A DNA stretch of 64,000 nucleotides, from assembly GCA_035271645.1 (NCBI GenBank), contig DATERJ010000018.1, positions 17,399-81,398 of the forward strand. The letters are read 5' to 3'. Below, piece by piece: positions 20,059 to 29,480 of this stretch. The stretch comes from Candidatus Dojkabacteria bacterium (GTDB taxonomy: Bacteria > Patescibacteriota > Dojkabacteria > SC72). Each line of letters starts with the position of its first letter. Position 1 is the first letter of the stretch. Made by a program: the position numbers and the translations under genes. The notes beneath the pieces were generated by a model. The model had not been told where the DNA came from and searched no databases. It saw only the letters and a program-made list of their open reading frames with translations.

Positions 20059-20898
20059 TTAGAAAGACAAATGCTCAATATACTCCTCACTACAACCGAT
20101 CTCTCTAAAGAGATCGAAAAGTAGTCCTACCCTATCATCCTTCCCTCTCTTCTTCCAACTTACTATCTTTCTTAAAGCAACGATGAAGAGGAATGATTCA
20201 AGAGCTTTTTTATCAAACTTAAAAACATTATCATATGCCTCATATACCTTAATACCAAATCTAGAATCATTAATTATTGATTTTGCAATATCCATTAGTG
20301 GAGAGTTAAATCCAGCTTCATTACCATAATCAATTAGATAATATTTATCATCTCTAACTAGAACATTATTTGAAGAGAAATCCATATGACAGAATACAAT
20401 CTCAGGATTTGCTTCTAAATACTCTTCTATAATGTTGTAATGGTAAGGTAGATGTTCCTGTGCTACATCTACTTTCCTTAAGAATTGTTTGTTTATATAT
20501 TCTGGGAATGTTTTAAACTCACCTTCCATTGTTCCAGGATGTATTTCACCAAAACCACTCCCTTTTATCTCATGCATAGCCTTCATCATGAGAGCTAATC
20601 TATCAAAGGAATCTTCTTTAATGTCTTTTGAGAGATTACCACCATCTATATATTCCATAAGCATACATGCCATGTCATTATGTATTTTAATCTCTACTGT
20701 TTCTGGTGTTAGTATTCCTAATGGTTTGAGTAATGGAGATATTTCTTGGTAGAGGTATTTGTTTGGTATGTTTAGTTTAAGGATGTAGTATTCTCCATCT
20801 ATTTTTACTTTGAATGTGGATTTACTTGCTCCTGAATCTATATCATGTATCTCTTCTACATTTGGGTAGAGTTCATAAATGATTTCTTTGTAGTTCAT
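20059..20898 (-). CDS. Aminoglycoside / choline-kinase-type phosphotransferase (protein-kinase-like fold).
   Basis: Catalytic loop HMDFSSNNVLV and the DFG-equivalent LIDYGNEAGF. Confidence 0.65.
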   Translation of the reverse strand: MNYKEIIYELYPNVEEIHDIDSGASKSTFKVKIDGEYYILKLNIPNKYLYQEISPLLKPLGILTPETVEIKIHNDMACMLMEYIDGGNLSKDIKEDSFDRLALMMKAMHEIKGSGFGEIHPGTMEGEFKTFPEYINKQFLRKVDVAQEHLPYHYNIIEEYLEANPEIVFCHMDFSSNNVLVRDDKYYLIDYGNEAGFNSPLMDIAKSIINDSRFGIKVYEAYDNVFKFDKKALESFLFIVALRKIVSWKKRGKDDRVGLLFDLFREIGCSEEYIEHLSF

Positions 20899-20924
20899 TT
20901 TGGTTATATATATTTAATTTATAT

Positions 20925-21695
20925 TTATTTCTTAGCAATATACAAAAGATGCTCTCCGTACCCCAATTGGTCTTCTCTCTCTGCTGTTGTTCTTAGATAG
21001 TCTATCCATACCTCATACTGATCCTCTGGTAAACTATCTATTCGTTCTTTAATGAGATCACTAATACCATCTGTTGTTAGATGGTGTACTTTAGAGAGGC
21101 CATTTCTTTTCATTAATTCTTCCATTTCACTTGGATACATGAGTGTAAATACATTTTCGTTATCCCCTATTCTAAATCCTTCAAGTATCTCCTCTTTGTA
21201 TTTCACAACATAATCATCAAACTTTTTCACTCTCTTTACAAATGTAAGGTTATTAGAGATATATGCAGAGTATATTAATCCTCCCTTTTTACATACCCTC
21301 TTAGCTTCTTGTATTACCTTATCCCTATCCCCTCCTTCTAGGTGATAGAGAGGTCCTAGGTTTAGTACCATATCGAATGTTTCATCTTCGTACATTGATA
21401 AGTTTCTTGCATCTCCTAGTACAGGGTTAATATTCATATCCTCAGTTATCTTAGATTTAAGGATATCTAAGTTCTCCTTAATATATTCTAGTGCATCTAC
21501 TTCATGTCCTTTGGATGCATAGAGAAGAGAGTATACTCCTGTACCTGCACCTAGTTCTAATATCTTCATACCTTTTTTAAGATATTTATCTATGTAGTCT
21601 GTAGTTAGTATGAATTCTGTTTTATGTTTTTGGTCTTTAAAGAGTCTATCGTCTTCTGTGTATATATTGTTGTAGTAATTTTGTAAGGTATTCAT
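20925..21695 (-). CDS. Class I SAM-dependent methyltransferase.
   Basis: Motif I ILELGAGTGVYSLLYA; acidic D/E after beta-2 (EVDALE). Confidence 0.6.
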   Translation of the reverse strand: MNTLQNYYNNIYTEDDRLFKDQKHKTEFILTTDYIDKYLKKGMKILELGAGTGVYSLLYASKGHEVDALEYIKENLDILKSKITEDMNINPVLGDARNLSMYEDETFDMVLNLGPLYHLEGGDRDKVIQEAKRVCKKGGLIYSAYISNNLTFVKRVKKFDDYVVKYKEEILEGFRIGDNENVFTLMYPSEMEELMKRNGLSKVHHLTTDGISDLIKERIDSLPEDQYEVWIDYLRTTAEREDQLGYGEHLLYIAKK

Positions 21696-21713
21696 ACTTT
21701 ATATATGATTAAA

Positions 21714-22268
21714 TTATTCCAGTATCTTCATTACAGCTAAATATTTTTCCTTAACCATCTCTTGTGCTTCAGGTATCATTTTGTTGTAACTTTCAGTAAG
21801 TTTCTTCTTAACTCGTTGCTTACCTTCCTTAATATCATAACCAAAAACTTTGTATACAAGATAGAACATATCGGGAATACTTTTAAAGTGTGACATGGCA
21901 TCTGCAGAAGCTAAACATTTGGCTTCCAAGGTCTTCTGAGGGATACCTGTACTACCTCTATGAGAGTAAATACAATCTTTAACAATATCTATCTTCTTAG
22001 GGTCATACCCTAAACTATTTAAATATTCTTCTGCATATTTAGCACCATCTATATGATGATTTTCATTTCTACCATCTATTCTTGCAATGTCATGTAACAA
22101 TGATGCTATCTCCACTATTTCTACAGATGCTCCTAGTTTCTCTGCTAATTCCTTTGCATATTCAACAACATATTTGACATGTATTTCATACATATTTACA
22201 CCATCTACATCACCTTTGTCTTCATATCTCTTTACTACATGTTTTCTAACTTCTTCCACTATATCCAT
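21714..22268 (-). CDS. HD-domain phosphohydrolase.
   Basis: H...HD motif (EIASLLHDIARID) plus downstream His and Asp residues. Confidence 0.6.
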   Translation of the reverse strand: MDIVEEVRKHVVKRYEDKGDVDGVNMYEIHVKYVVEYAKELAEKLGASVEIVEIASLLHDIARIDGRNENHHIDGAKYAEEYLNSLGYDPKKIDIVKDCIYSHRGSTGIPQKTLEAKCLASADAMSHFKSIPDMFYLVYKVFGYDIKEGKQRVKKKLTESYNKMIPEAQEMVKEKYLAVMKILE

Positions 22269-22373
22269 ATGTGTATTTTACACTAAATTGGTATGACAAG
22301 AAATATATATTTAATCTTGGGTTCATTTTCATTGTCTAAAATATGTATAGGTATAATTTAGATATATCCATAC

Positions 22374-22862
22374 ATGAGTGATATAGATATTCTAATTAAG
22401 GTTAGGAGTGTTAAGGATACTTTTAGAAAAAGATTAACACCTGGCATTGGGAATATAGATAGAAGACAGAGAAAACCAAGTAAGCATGAGATGAGTATGG
22501 CAGAGGTTGTAGTTAGAGAGTTTGGTGGGAAGATAAAGTTCCTGAAAGAAAAAAGACAAGAGGGTATAAAAATGCCTGATGCTATCTGGTCTGGTATTAA
22601 GTTGGAGATCAAAGAAGCTAGTGGAAAGTCTAGTATAAATAACAGAGTTAGAAAGGGTGTAGAACAGGTAGGAGAGAGAGGTATAATCTTTTTAGACATA
22701 AGTAAGAACAAGAAAAACATTAAAGAGATTCGAACAGAGGCTATAAATAGAGTTAAAAGAAGTAAGACAGAGAGTAAATCTAAATACTTTCATATCAATA
22801 TTATCTTTTTTAAAAAGGGAAAGGTTTTGGATGTTGTAGAGATAAAAAAGAGAAAAGCATAG
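22374..22862 (+). CDS. Small basic protein with a PD-(D/E)xK-like motif; paralog of 49510..49962.
   Basis: MPDAIWSGIKLEIKEASGKS...GERGIIFLDIS. The motif D.[IV]W.G...E[IL]K...GK......[GV]..G.R.IFLD is shared with ORF 49510..49962. Confidence 0.35.
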   Translation: MSDIDILIKVRSVKDTFRKRLTPGIGNIDRRQRKPSKHEMSMAEVVVREFGGKIKFLKEKRQEGIKMPDAIWSGIKLEIKEASGKSSINNRVRKGVEQVGERGIIFLDISKNKKNIKEIRTEAINRVKRSKTESKSKYFHINIIFFKKGKVLDVVEIKKRKA

Positions 22863-22895
22863 CCCGACACAAGGGTTCGGGGAGCTTTTCTCTTC
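22863..22895 (+). terminator. Hairpin plus T-rich tract downstream of 22374..22862.
   Basis: cccga-cacaagggt-tcggg followed by gagcttttctcttcc. Confidence 0.4.
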
Positions 22896-23247
22896 CTATC
22901 TTTATTATATAAAAAGAGTTAGATTTAAGCAAATGGAAATAAAAAAGGTGGAAGCTTAGACCTGACACAAAGGGGTCAGGTGGCCTCCACCTCTCTATAT
23001 ATATTATACAAAAATTAGGGGTGTTTTTCAATTTTTTAGGTTTTAAGACTACCAAATGGAATATAAATCATGATGAGAGGGTAATAGAGTTAGATTATTC
23101 GGTTATAGAGAAGGAAAGGAATTACTAGATATCTTTTAGTATTTATTGTAGATGTTTGTAATATTATTCTGATTGTAAGAGTTTTGTAATAACTGGGTGG
23201 TAAAATAATTATATAGGGATACATATCTAATTTGACTACCTAACCAT

Positions 23248-24213
23248 TTGTCACAAAAGAAGAATGTAAATATAAGGTTACCAAAGCAAACTAAAGGTAG
23301 ACACACCATATATATTGATGAGTCAGGAACAGCATCATTAAAAGACAAAGAAAAGTTCTTTATACTCACAGGTGTAATTGCTACCAACCACAGTTTTAAT
23401 GATGTTGAAGAATTCTATTTTAACCTAAAAAGAAAATACTTTGGGTATATTCAACATCTACATTCTGTTGAGCTATTTAGTGAAAATACAAAGTATGTAC
23501 GAAAAAGCAAAGCTCAATTGTTTAAGATAAAGAAATATAGAAAAAGATATATACAAGAATTAGCATACTTTTTAGATACTGTACCATTTGTATTTTTAAC
23601 AATCATAGTTGATAAAGAGAGAATGTTAAAAAGTCTATCACCAGTTAAAATAGATCATCCTTGGGCTACCACAATAGGAGAAGCAAAGAAAATATTTACA
23701 GAGACACACAACGATGAAACTCCTTTTATAGATGCAAAAATTGCAGATGTTATAGATACTATTAATAAACACAAAATACTCCCAACCGACTATTTCAGGC
23801 CACTAAAAATTGCATATAGAGAATTGTTAGAACAATATTTTAAAAACTACCAATACAATATTTATACCACAGGATCAAAGATGCAGATATGTGTAGAATC
23901 ATCTGAGTACCAATCACGAATTTTAAAATACACAGAAGAATTTCTATTGGAAACAGATAGGGTGCAACCGAAACCTAAGAGAACAAAATTTTCGAGAAGA
24001 CTAAAAAACAGTATGTACAGTCTATCCTTTCCTAATAAAAAAGCTAAATTTCTTGGTTTAGAGATAGCAGATATTATCTCATATGGTTATTATCTTTCAT
24101 CACATCATAGAAGGTGTAAGAATGAACTCTATAAAGATATTTGGAAAGTTATTGAGAAAAGAAAGAAGGATATTGAACAGAAATATAATATGAGGTGTGT
24201 AGTTAAGATCTAA
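23248..24213 (+). CDS. DUF3800-family protein.
   Basis: N-terminal HTIYIDESGTAS...FFILTGVI motif characteristic of DUF3800. A second DUF3800 gene is at 35114..35740. Confidence 0.5.
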   Translation: MSQKKNVNIRLPKQTKGRHTIYIDESGTASLKDKEKFFILTGVIATNHSFNDVEEFYFNLKRKYFGYIQHLHSVELFSENTKYVRKSKAQLFKIKKYRKRYIQELAYFLDTVPFVFLTIIVDKERMLKSLSPVKIDHPWATTIGEAKKIFTETHNDETPFIDAKIADVIDTINKHKILPTDYFRPLKIAYRELLEQYFKNYQYNIYTTGSKMQICVESSEYQSRILKYTEEFLLETDRVQPKPKRTKFSRRLKNSMYSLSFPNKKAKFLGLEIADIISYGYYLSSHHRRCKNELYKDIWKVIEKRKKDIEQKYNMRCVVKI

Positions 24214-24250
24214 AAAAAAAAGAGGGAGTCGTACGTGCCAACTCCCTATA
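24212..24250. terminator. Bidirectional intrinsic terminator between convergent genes.
   Basis: A10 run, then the gggagt-cgtacgtgcca-actccc hairpin. On the minus strand the hairpin is followed by T10, so it terminates 24330..25124(-) and probably 23248..24213(+). Confidence 0.55.
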
Positions 24251-24329
24251 TGTTTGCATTATACAATACTAGATAAAAGAAAAGCAAGAGGTTTTTCTTT
24301 TATGTTTTGATTATATAAAAAGGATAGTA

Positions 24330-25124
24330 TTAAAGCAAAAGAGAAAGCATTTTTAACTGTATATCCCCTATTGTTTTCTCTAATACAAAAGTGTCCTTTT
24401 TTAGTTTCCATATTCTAAATACTTGTATATGGGACATAGATGGGTCATGGATAGATGTTACTAGTTTCTTCTTACCTTTGTTGTCATACAACCTAAAAAA
24501 CATTGGGTGTTCTACTATCCAATTATCTTCTTCGTTTTCTTTAGTGTTAAATGGTACTTTAATAGCTTTACCGTCTTCTAGTTTGTAGATGGTTATACTA
24601 TCCTTAGAACCACTCTCCCATTTCCCAACTACTAGGTATTCGTATTTACTAGATGAATATATGACCATACTTACCTCCCCTTCTATACTCCCTTCTTCTT
24701 CCCATACTTCATACCTTACATTGTCCTCTACTACATTATCGTTGTATTTAAGATTACAACCTTTAGGGTCTCCATATACAATGTTATCTATATCTTCTTT
24801 AGGACAGTTTAGTTCTAGTGTATATTCATCTTTTAATGTCCATATTACATTTACATCTGATTTTTCTTTAGTTAATTGATATTTAGGTTTGTTTACTAAT
24901 TGATCTATTTGTTTATATCCTTCTATATCCTTATTCCAATCATATATATATTTATCTATGTTATATGTTTTCTTTAATTCTTTTAGTTCTAATGAATATT
25001 TCTTTTCAAATGATATTTGTTCTTCTGTTTTTTTATTTATTATATATATGTATATGGATATACATATGATTAGTAGTAGGAGAAATATTATTAGTAATGT
25101 TTTTGGTTTGATGTTTTTTAACAT
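24330..25124 (-). CDS. N-terminally membrane-anchored hypothetical protein.
   Basis: N-terminal TM LLIIFLLLLIICISIYIYII; the rest is hydrophilic with no recognised domain. Confidence 0.4.
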   Translation of the reverse strand: MLKNIKPKTLLIIFLLLLIICISIYIYIINKKTEEQISFEKKYSLELKELKKTYNIDKYIYDWNKDIEGYKQIDQLVNKPKYQLTKEKSDVNVIWTLKDEYTLELNCPKEDIDNIVYGDPKGCNLKYNDNVVEDNVRYEVWEEEGSIEGEVSMVIYSSSKYEYLVVGKWESGSKDSITIYKLEDGKAIKVPFNTKENEEDNWIVEHPMFFRLYDNKGKKKLVTSIHDPSMSHIQVFRIWKLKKDTFVLEKTIGDIQLKMLSLLL

Positions 25125-25240
25125 TGGGTTAGTATGTTAAGTTCAATTAATTTATCATATCATTTTTCCTTCTGTTTCTTCCACTAATTTAATCCACTAA
25201 TTGATATAATAGACTAGCAATAAATTGTGGAACAAGCGTT

Positions 25241-25483
25241 ATGAACGAGGAAAAAATCGAAAAAAACATATCTCCAACATTGAGGAAGTATGTTTTAACC
25301 TTAAGACATGAGTACGGATTCTATTCAGAAGAGGAGCAAAGAGAATTAGTCCTTTGGGGTGAGAAAGCCCCTGAGGTAGTACTCAGTTTAGCTCAGAACT
25401 TAGTCATGGACAGAGATAGAACTCATCTCAACCACGGAAGAGAATACAAGTGTATCCTAGTCAGTTTAACAAGACAAGAGTAA
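25241..25483 (+). CDS. Small hypothetical protein (80 aa).
   Basis: ORF only; sits at the edge of the R-M island. Confidence 0.25.
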   Translation: MNEEKIEKNISPTLRKYVLTLRHEYGFYSEEEQRELVLWGEKAPEVVLSLAQNLVMDRDRTHLNHGREYKCILVSLTRQE

Positions 25484-25566
25484 TTTAGACAAAGATGCAA
25501 AAACTTTGCCCTGTTTTTAGTGACCTTAATAGATTCCTACTATTAACAATACTGGTACTACATGAA

Positions 25567-26277
25567 CTAAGTTACTACAGAAAACATTTCCAATTTCTCT
25601 TTCCTCTCTTCCCAGTCAGGACACTGCTTAGTTAATAATCTATAAAAATCTTTATCATGTCTCTTGTGCTTCATATGACATAATTCATGAGTAATAACAT
25701 AATCTATACAACTAGTAGGTGCTTTGATTAAATCGATATTCAAATATACTTTTTTATTACTAAGAAAACTACCCCACCTTTTACTCATTTTACGAATATC
25801 TAATACAGGGGTAAATTTATAAGAAAAAGACTTAAGTACCTCTTTATACCTTCTACGAAAAACTATTTCTGCTCTTTCAGAATACCATTTTGACAACAAA
25901 TTCTTATTATGAGAAGAATTACAAACTTCTTTCTTTGTTCTTAGTTCTATAACTCCTTTCTGCAATTTCACAGATTCTTCTTTGCTTTTCTTAACCTTTA
26001 ACTTGTATTGCCTGCCCAAATAATAAAAACTTTCTCCTGATATATAATCCTTCTTATACTTTTTCCCGTTATACTTATCAAAATACCTTATCTGCTTCTC
26101 CATCCAAGACCATTTTCTCTTTAAAAATTTCTCTATCTCCTCTTCCTTTGCCTTTAGTGGAGCTTTAACAACAAGAGATTTATCTGGTTTTACAACCAGA
26201 CTTATCGTCTTCCTCTTACTTTTGAATAGAGAATACTCATATGAGTATTTCCCATAATTAAAAACCTTAGACTTCAT
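25567..26277 (-). CDS. YgjP/DUF45-family (M48-like, WLM/SprT-related) zinc metallopeptidase.
   Basis: HExxH motif ITHELCHMKHKRHDKDF near the C-terminus. It lies directly downstream of hsdR, a known association. Confidence 0.7.
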   Translation of the reverse strand: MKSKVFNYGKYSYEYSLFKSKRKTISLVVKPDKSLVVKAPLKAKEEEIEKFLKRKWSWMEKQIRYFDKYNGKKYKKDYISGESFYYLGRQYKLKVKKSKEESVKLQKGVIELRTKKEVCNSSHNKNLLSKWYSERAEIVFRRRYKEVLKSFSYKFTPVLDIRKMSKRWGSFLSNKKVYLNIDLIKAPTSCIDYVITHELCHMKHKRHDKDFYRLLTKQCPDWEERKEKLEMFSVVT

Positions 26278-26280
26278 TTC

Positions 26281-29200
26281 TTACAAAATTTCATAATTAT
26301 TTTGTGCAAGAGTCATTATTTTCTCAATAAGATCCCATATGTCTTCATTACTTAAATCAACCCCTCTACCTATTTTCACCACATCGTAAAGATAATCATC
26401 TAATTCATTCCTCATCATCCTTTTCTTCTCAGAGTTTATCTGCCAATCAATTACTGCTTCTCTTTTTAGAATCCCAAATATTTCCAAACAACTAACGATG
26501 ATACAATCCTCATCTAGCCCATGCTTTTTAAAATCTCCCCTTAGATTCCTATAAAAGATATCAACCCCTTCATTTGATTTTATTATATCTGGTAAATCTT
26601 CATCCTCTTTGTTAAGTACTTGTCTACTAAGTTCCTTTGCCTGTTTCAAAGCCTCAATATCAGCCAATTTCTTCTCCCTCATTGCCTGAAGCAAAGCATC
26701 TATCTTGTCAGAGAATTTTCTGTAAAACTTTGGATCTTTCCCCATCCTCTCAGAAACTTCTTTCTGTGTTTGTGAGAGAATCGCAGCCGCTTTAGATTTA
26801 TCTGAACCCAAATCCTCTACAGCCTCCTTAAAAGCTTCCTCATCTGTTATTGAAATCTGTGTTGTTAGTAACTCCGCTTCTTCTGCTTTAATATTTTTAT
26901 CCAAAATATTAATCAAGGCCTGTTTGTATTTCTTAAAATCGGGGGCATCAGAGTATCTAATACTGGCTGTTTTCCTAAGATTTGTATATTTCTTAAGATC
27001 CAACTTAAACATATCAATCTTGTCAAAACTGTCTACAAACTCTTTAAGAATAATACACTCATTAAAGATTCTGATAAAAGCATTTAAATCCTCATAGAAT
27101 CCCTTCCTTACCTGCTCATCTTCTAAATGCTCTAAGTATGCCTCATCATCTTCAGGAACATCTTTGAAAGTATCATATAATTTTTCATACTGTGCTTCTA
27201 ACTCCTCTATCTTCTCATCAACATCAATCAAAGTCCCTTTAACATCCTCGTCATCATAGTTACCAAATAAATCCATAGCCGTTTTAAGATTTTTTGCATT
27301 TTCAGAGTAGTCTATGATATATCCTGCTGTTTTCGGTAAGACATCATTTTCAAACAAACGATTTACTCTAGCTATTGCTTGAAGTAGGTTATGATCCTTC
27401 AGTTCTCTGGCTAAATACAAAACTGTGTTTCTCGGAGCATCAAAACCAGTAAGTAGTTTATGAACAACTATCAAAATTTCAACACCATCTTCATTATATT
27501 TAAAACTATCTATAACTTCTCGTTCATAAGATTCTAAACTTTGATATTTACCTTTTATCTCTCTCAGGTATTCTTCAACCTCTTTCTTATGACTATCCTC
27601 ATAACTACTAATTTCATTTTCATCTGATATTACTAATGCAGTATTTATATCTGATTCATTCTGGAAATATCTTTGGAATAATGTTGCTGCATATTTAGAA
27701 GGTGCAACAATCTGAGCTTTAAGTCCAGTTCCTTTTAGGTGCTTGTTAAAATGCTCCTTGATATCATACCCTATCTCAACAATCCTCGCAGGTGTTTCCT
27801 GCATAGCCTTTGTTTCGATCTCTCTCTGTATATCTCGCATGGTAAAGTTATCCTTTTTTAATTCTTCCTCCAATCGTGCTACCTGTTTATCAATCTCCTT
27901 TTCATCCTGTCGCAAATCAACATATCGACCTTCATAAATCAAAGGAAGAACAATACCGTCATTTAAAGCATCATCTATTGTATATCTATCTATAAATCTG
28001 CCAAACTGATTCTCAGATTTCTTTTCCTTAAGAATTGGAGTACCTGTAAAACCAATGTAACAAGCATTAGGTATAACTCTATTCATCTCTAGGTTAGCTT
28101 CTCCTCCCTGAGATCTATGTACCTCATCTATTAACACAAATATATTTTTATCCTTATCTACAAATCCAGCTCGTATGTCTTTTGCTGCTTGGAACTTGAA
28201 TACTAATGTTGTAATCACATCTGGGGTTTTCTCCTTAATCTTTTTTAATAAATCTTTCCCACTTTTCGCTTTCTTTATCTCTTTCTTAAGACCTGCATTC
28301 TCAAAAGTTTCTTTGATTTGCTGATCTAAATCTCTTCTGTCTGTGACAATAAAGATTCTTGGATTCTCTATCTCAGGATCTTCAATTAAGGCTTTGACAA
28401 ACATAACCATTGTTAAAGATTTACCTGAACCTTGTGTTTGCCAAAGAATACCTCCCTCTCTTCTTTCTCCATGTTCTGTTTTCTCTATATTCCTTATCCT
28501 ATTCAATGCTCTCTTGATTGCAAAGAACTGTTGGTATCTCATAACTTTCTTCACACCAGCATCATAAAGTATGTGATTCTTAGAGATATCTAACAATCTC
28601 TCTTTTCTTAACATACCATATACTCCTCTATCTTGTTCAGAAACTTCTCTGTTAGTTTTTTGTTGATGACCATATGTTTGTCCATTTAAATCTTTCAATA
28701 TTTGAGTGTAAAGGGAGTTGTCTATCTCTTTTGATATAACTCTTGTTATTTCATCATCAAACTCCTTCTTAAATTGTTTTCTGTTCTTCCATTCCTCTTC
28801 AGCAATATCTCTTTCCTGCCATTTTGCATAGAAATTGTTTGGTGTTCCTGTTGTTCCATATCTAAAATCTATTTTGTTTGATGCTATTAAAAGCTGAGGG
28901 TAGATAAAGAGTTTAGGACATCTATCTGGACTCTGATTTCTATTCTGTTGAGTTATTGCGAACTCTACTTCCTTGGAAGATTTTTTGTTTTCAATAACAA
29001 CAAAGGGTATACCATTAACAAATATAACTATGTCTGGTCTAATTGTTGATTTACCTGTAGCTTCAAATTCGACTATAAAGGAGAAGTCATTGTTTTCTAT
29101 ATTATCGAAATCTATAAATCTGAAACTTTTTGATTCATATTTACCATTGTGGAAAACTTTTATTGTTTTCCCTCCTTTTTTAGGCATTATTGTTTGATAT

Positions 29201-29475
29201 ATCTTTTTAGATGTATCTATTATTCCTTCCAAAGGAATATTTTCGAGTTCTTCTATAGCTTCTATTATATTTTTATCACTAAAGATTTCTTCTGTTGCAT
29301 TATTTATTCTCTTTAATGATTCAAATGCTGTGTCTTTGAGTATGAACTTATTAGTATCTCCTCTTCTTTCTTCCATTACCTCATTTACAGGTATGTATCT
29401 GTAACCCATGTTTACTAACATTTCTACAAATGGTAGTTGTGATTGTTTTACTTCATCAAAATCTATATCTGTCAT
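26281..29475 (-). CDS. hsdR: Type I restriction enzyme R subunit.
   Basis: 1064 aa. Helicase motif I ILWQTQGSGKSLTMV, motif II VLIDEVHRS, and the N-terminal nuclease region with IVIFVNGIPFVVIENKK (PD-(D/E)xK). Confidence 0.9.
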   Translation of the reverse strand: MTDIDFDEVKQSQLPFVEMLVNMGYRYIPVNEVMEERRGDTNKFILKDTAFESLKRINNATEEIFSDKNIIEAIEELENIPLEGIIDTSKKIYQTIMPKKGGKTIKVFHNGKYESKSFRFIDFDNIENNDFSFIVEFEATGKSTIRPDIVIFVNGIPFVVIENKKSSKEVEFAITQQNRNQSPDRCPKLFIYPQLLIASNKIDFRYGTTGTPNNFYAKWQERDIAEEEWKNRKQFKKEFDDEITRVISKEIDNSLYTQILKDLNGQTYGHQQKTNREVSEQDRGVYGMLRKERLLDISKNHILYDAGVKKVMRYQQFFAIKRALNRIRNIEKTEHGERREGGILWQTQGSGKSLTMVMFVKALIEDPEIENPRIFIVTDRRDLDQQIKETFENAGLKKEIKKAKSGKDLLKKIKEKTPDVITTLVFKFQAAKDIRAGFVDKDKNIFVLIDEVHRSQGGEANLEMNRVIPNACYIGFTGTPILKEKKSENQFGRFIDRYTIDDALNDGIVLPLIYEGRYVDLRQDEKEIDKQVARLEEELKKDNFTMRDIQREIETKAMQETPARIVEIGYDIKEHFNKHLKGTGLKAQIVAPSKYAATLFQRYFQNESDINTALVISDENEISSYEDSHKKEVEEYLREIKGKYQSLESYEREVIDSFKYNEDGVEILIVVHKLLTGFDAPRNTVLYLARELKDHNLLQAIARVNRLFENDVLPKTAGYIIDYSENAKNLKTAMDLFGNYDDEDVKGTLIDVDEKIEELEAQYEKLYDTFKDVPEDDEAYLEHLEDEQVRKGFYEDLNAFIRIFNECIILKEFVDSFDKIDMFKLDLKKYTNLRKTASIRYSDAPDFKKYKQALINILDKNIKAEEAELLTTQISITDEEAFKEAVEDLGSDKSKAAAILSQTQKEVSERMGKDPKFYRKFSDKIDALLQAMREKKLADIEALKQAKELSRQVLNKEDEDLPDIIKSNEGVDIFYRNLRGDFKKHGLDEDCIIVSCLEIFGILKREAVIDWQINSEKKRMMRNELDDYLYDVVKIGRGVDLSNEDIWDLIEKIMTLAQNNYEIL

Positions 29476-29480
29476 ATTCC

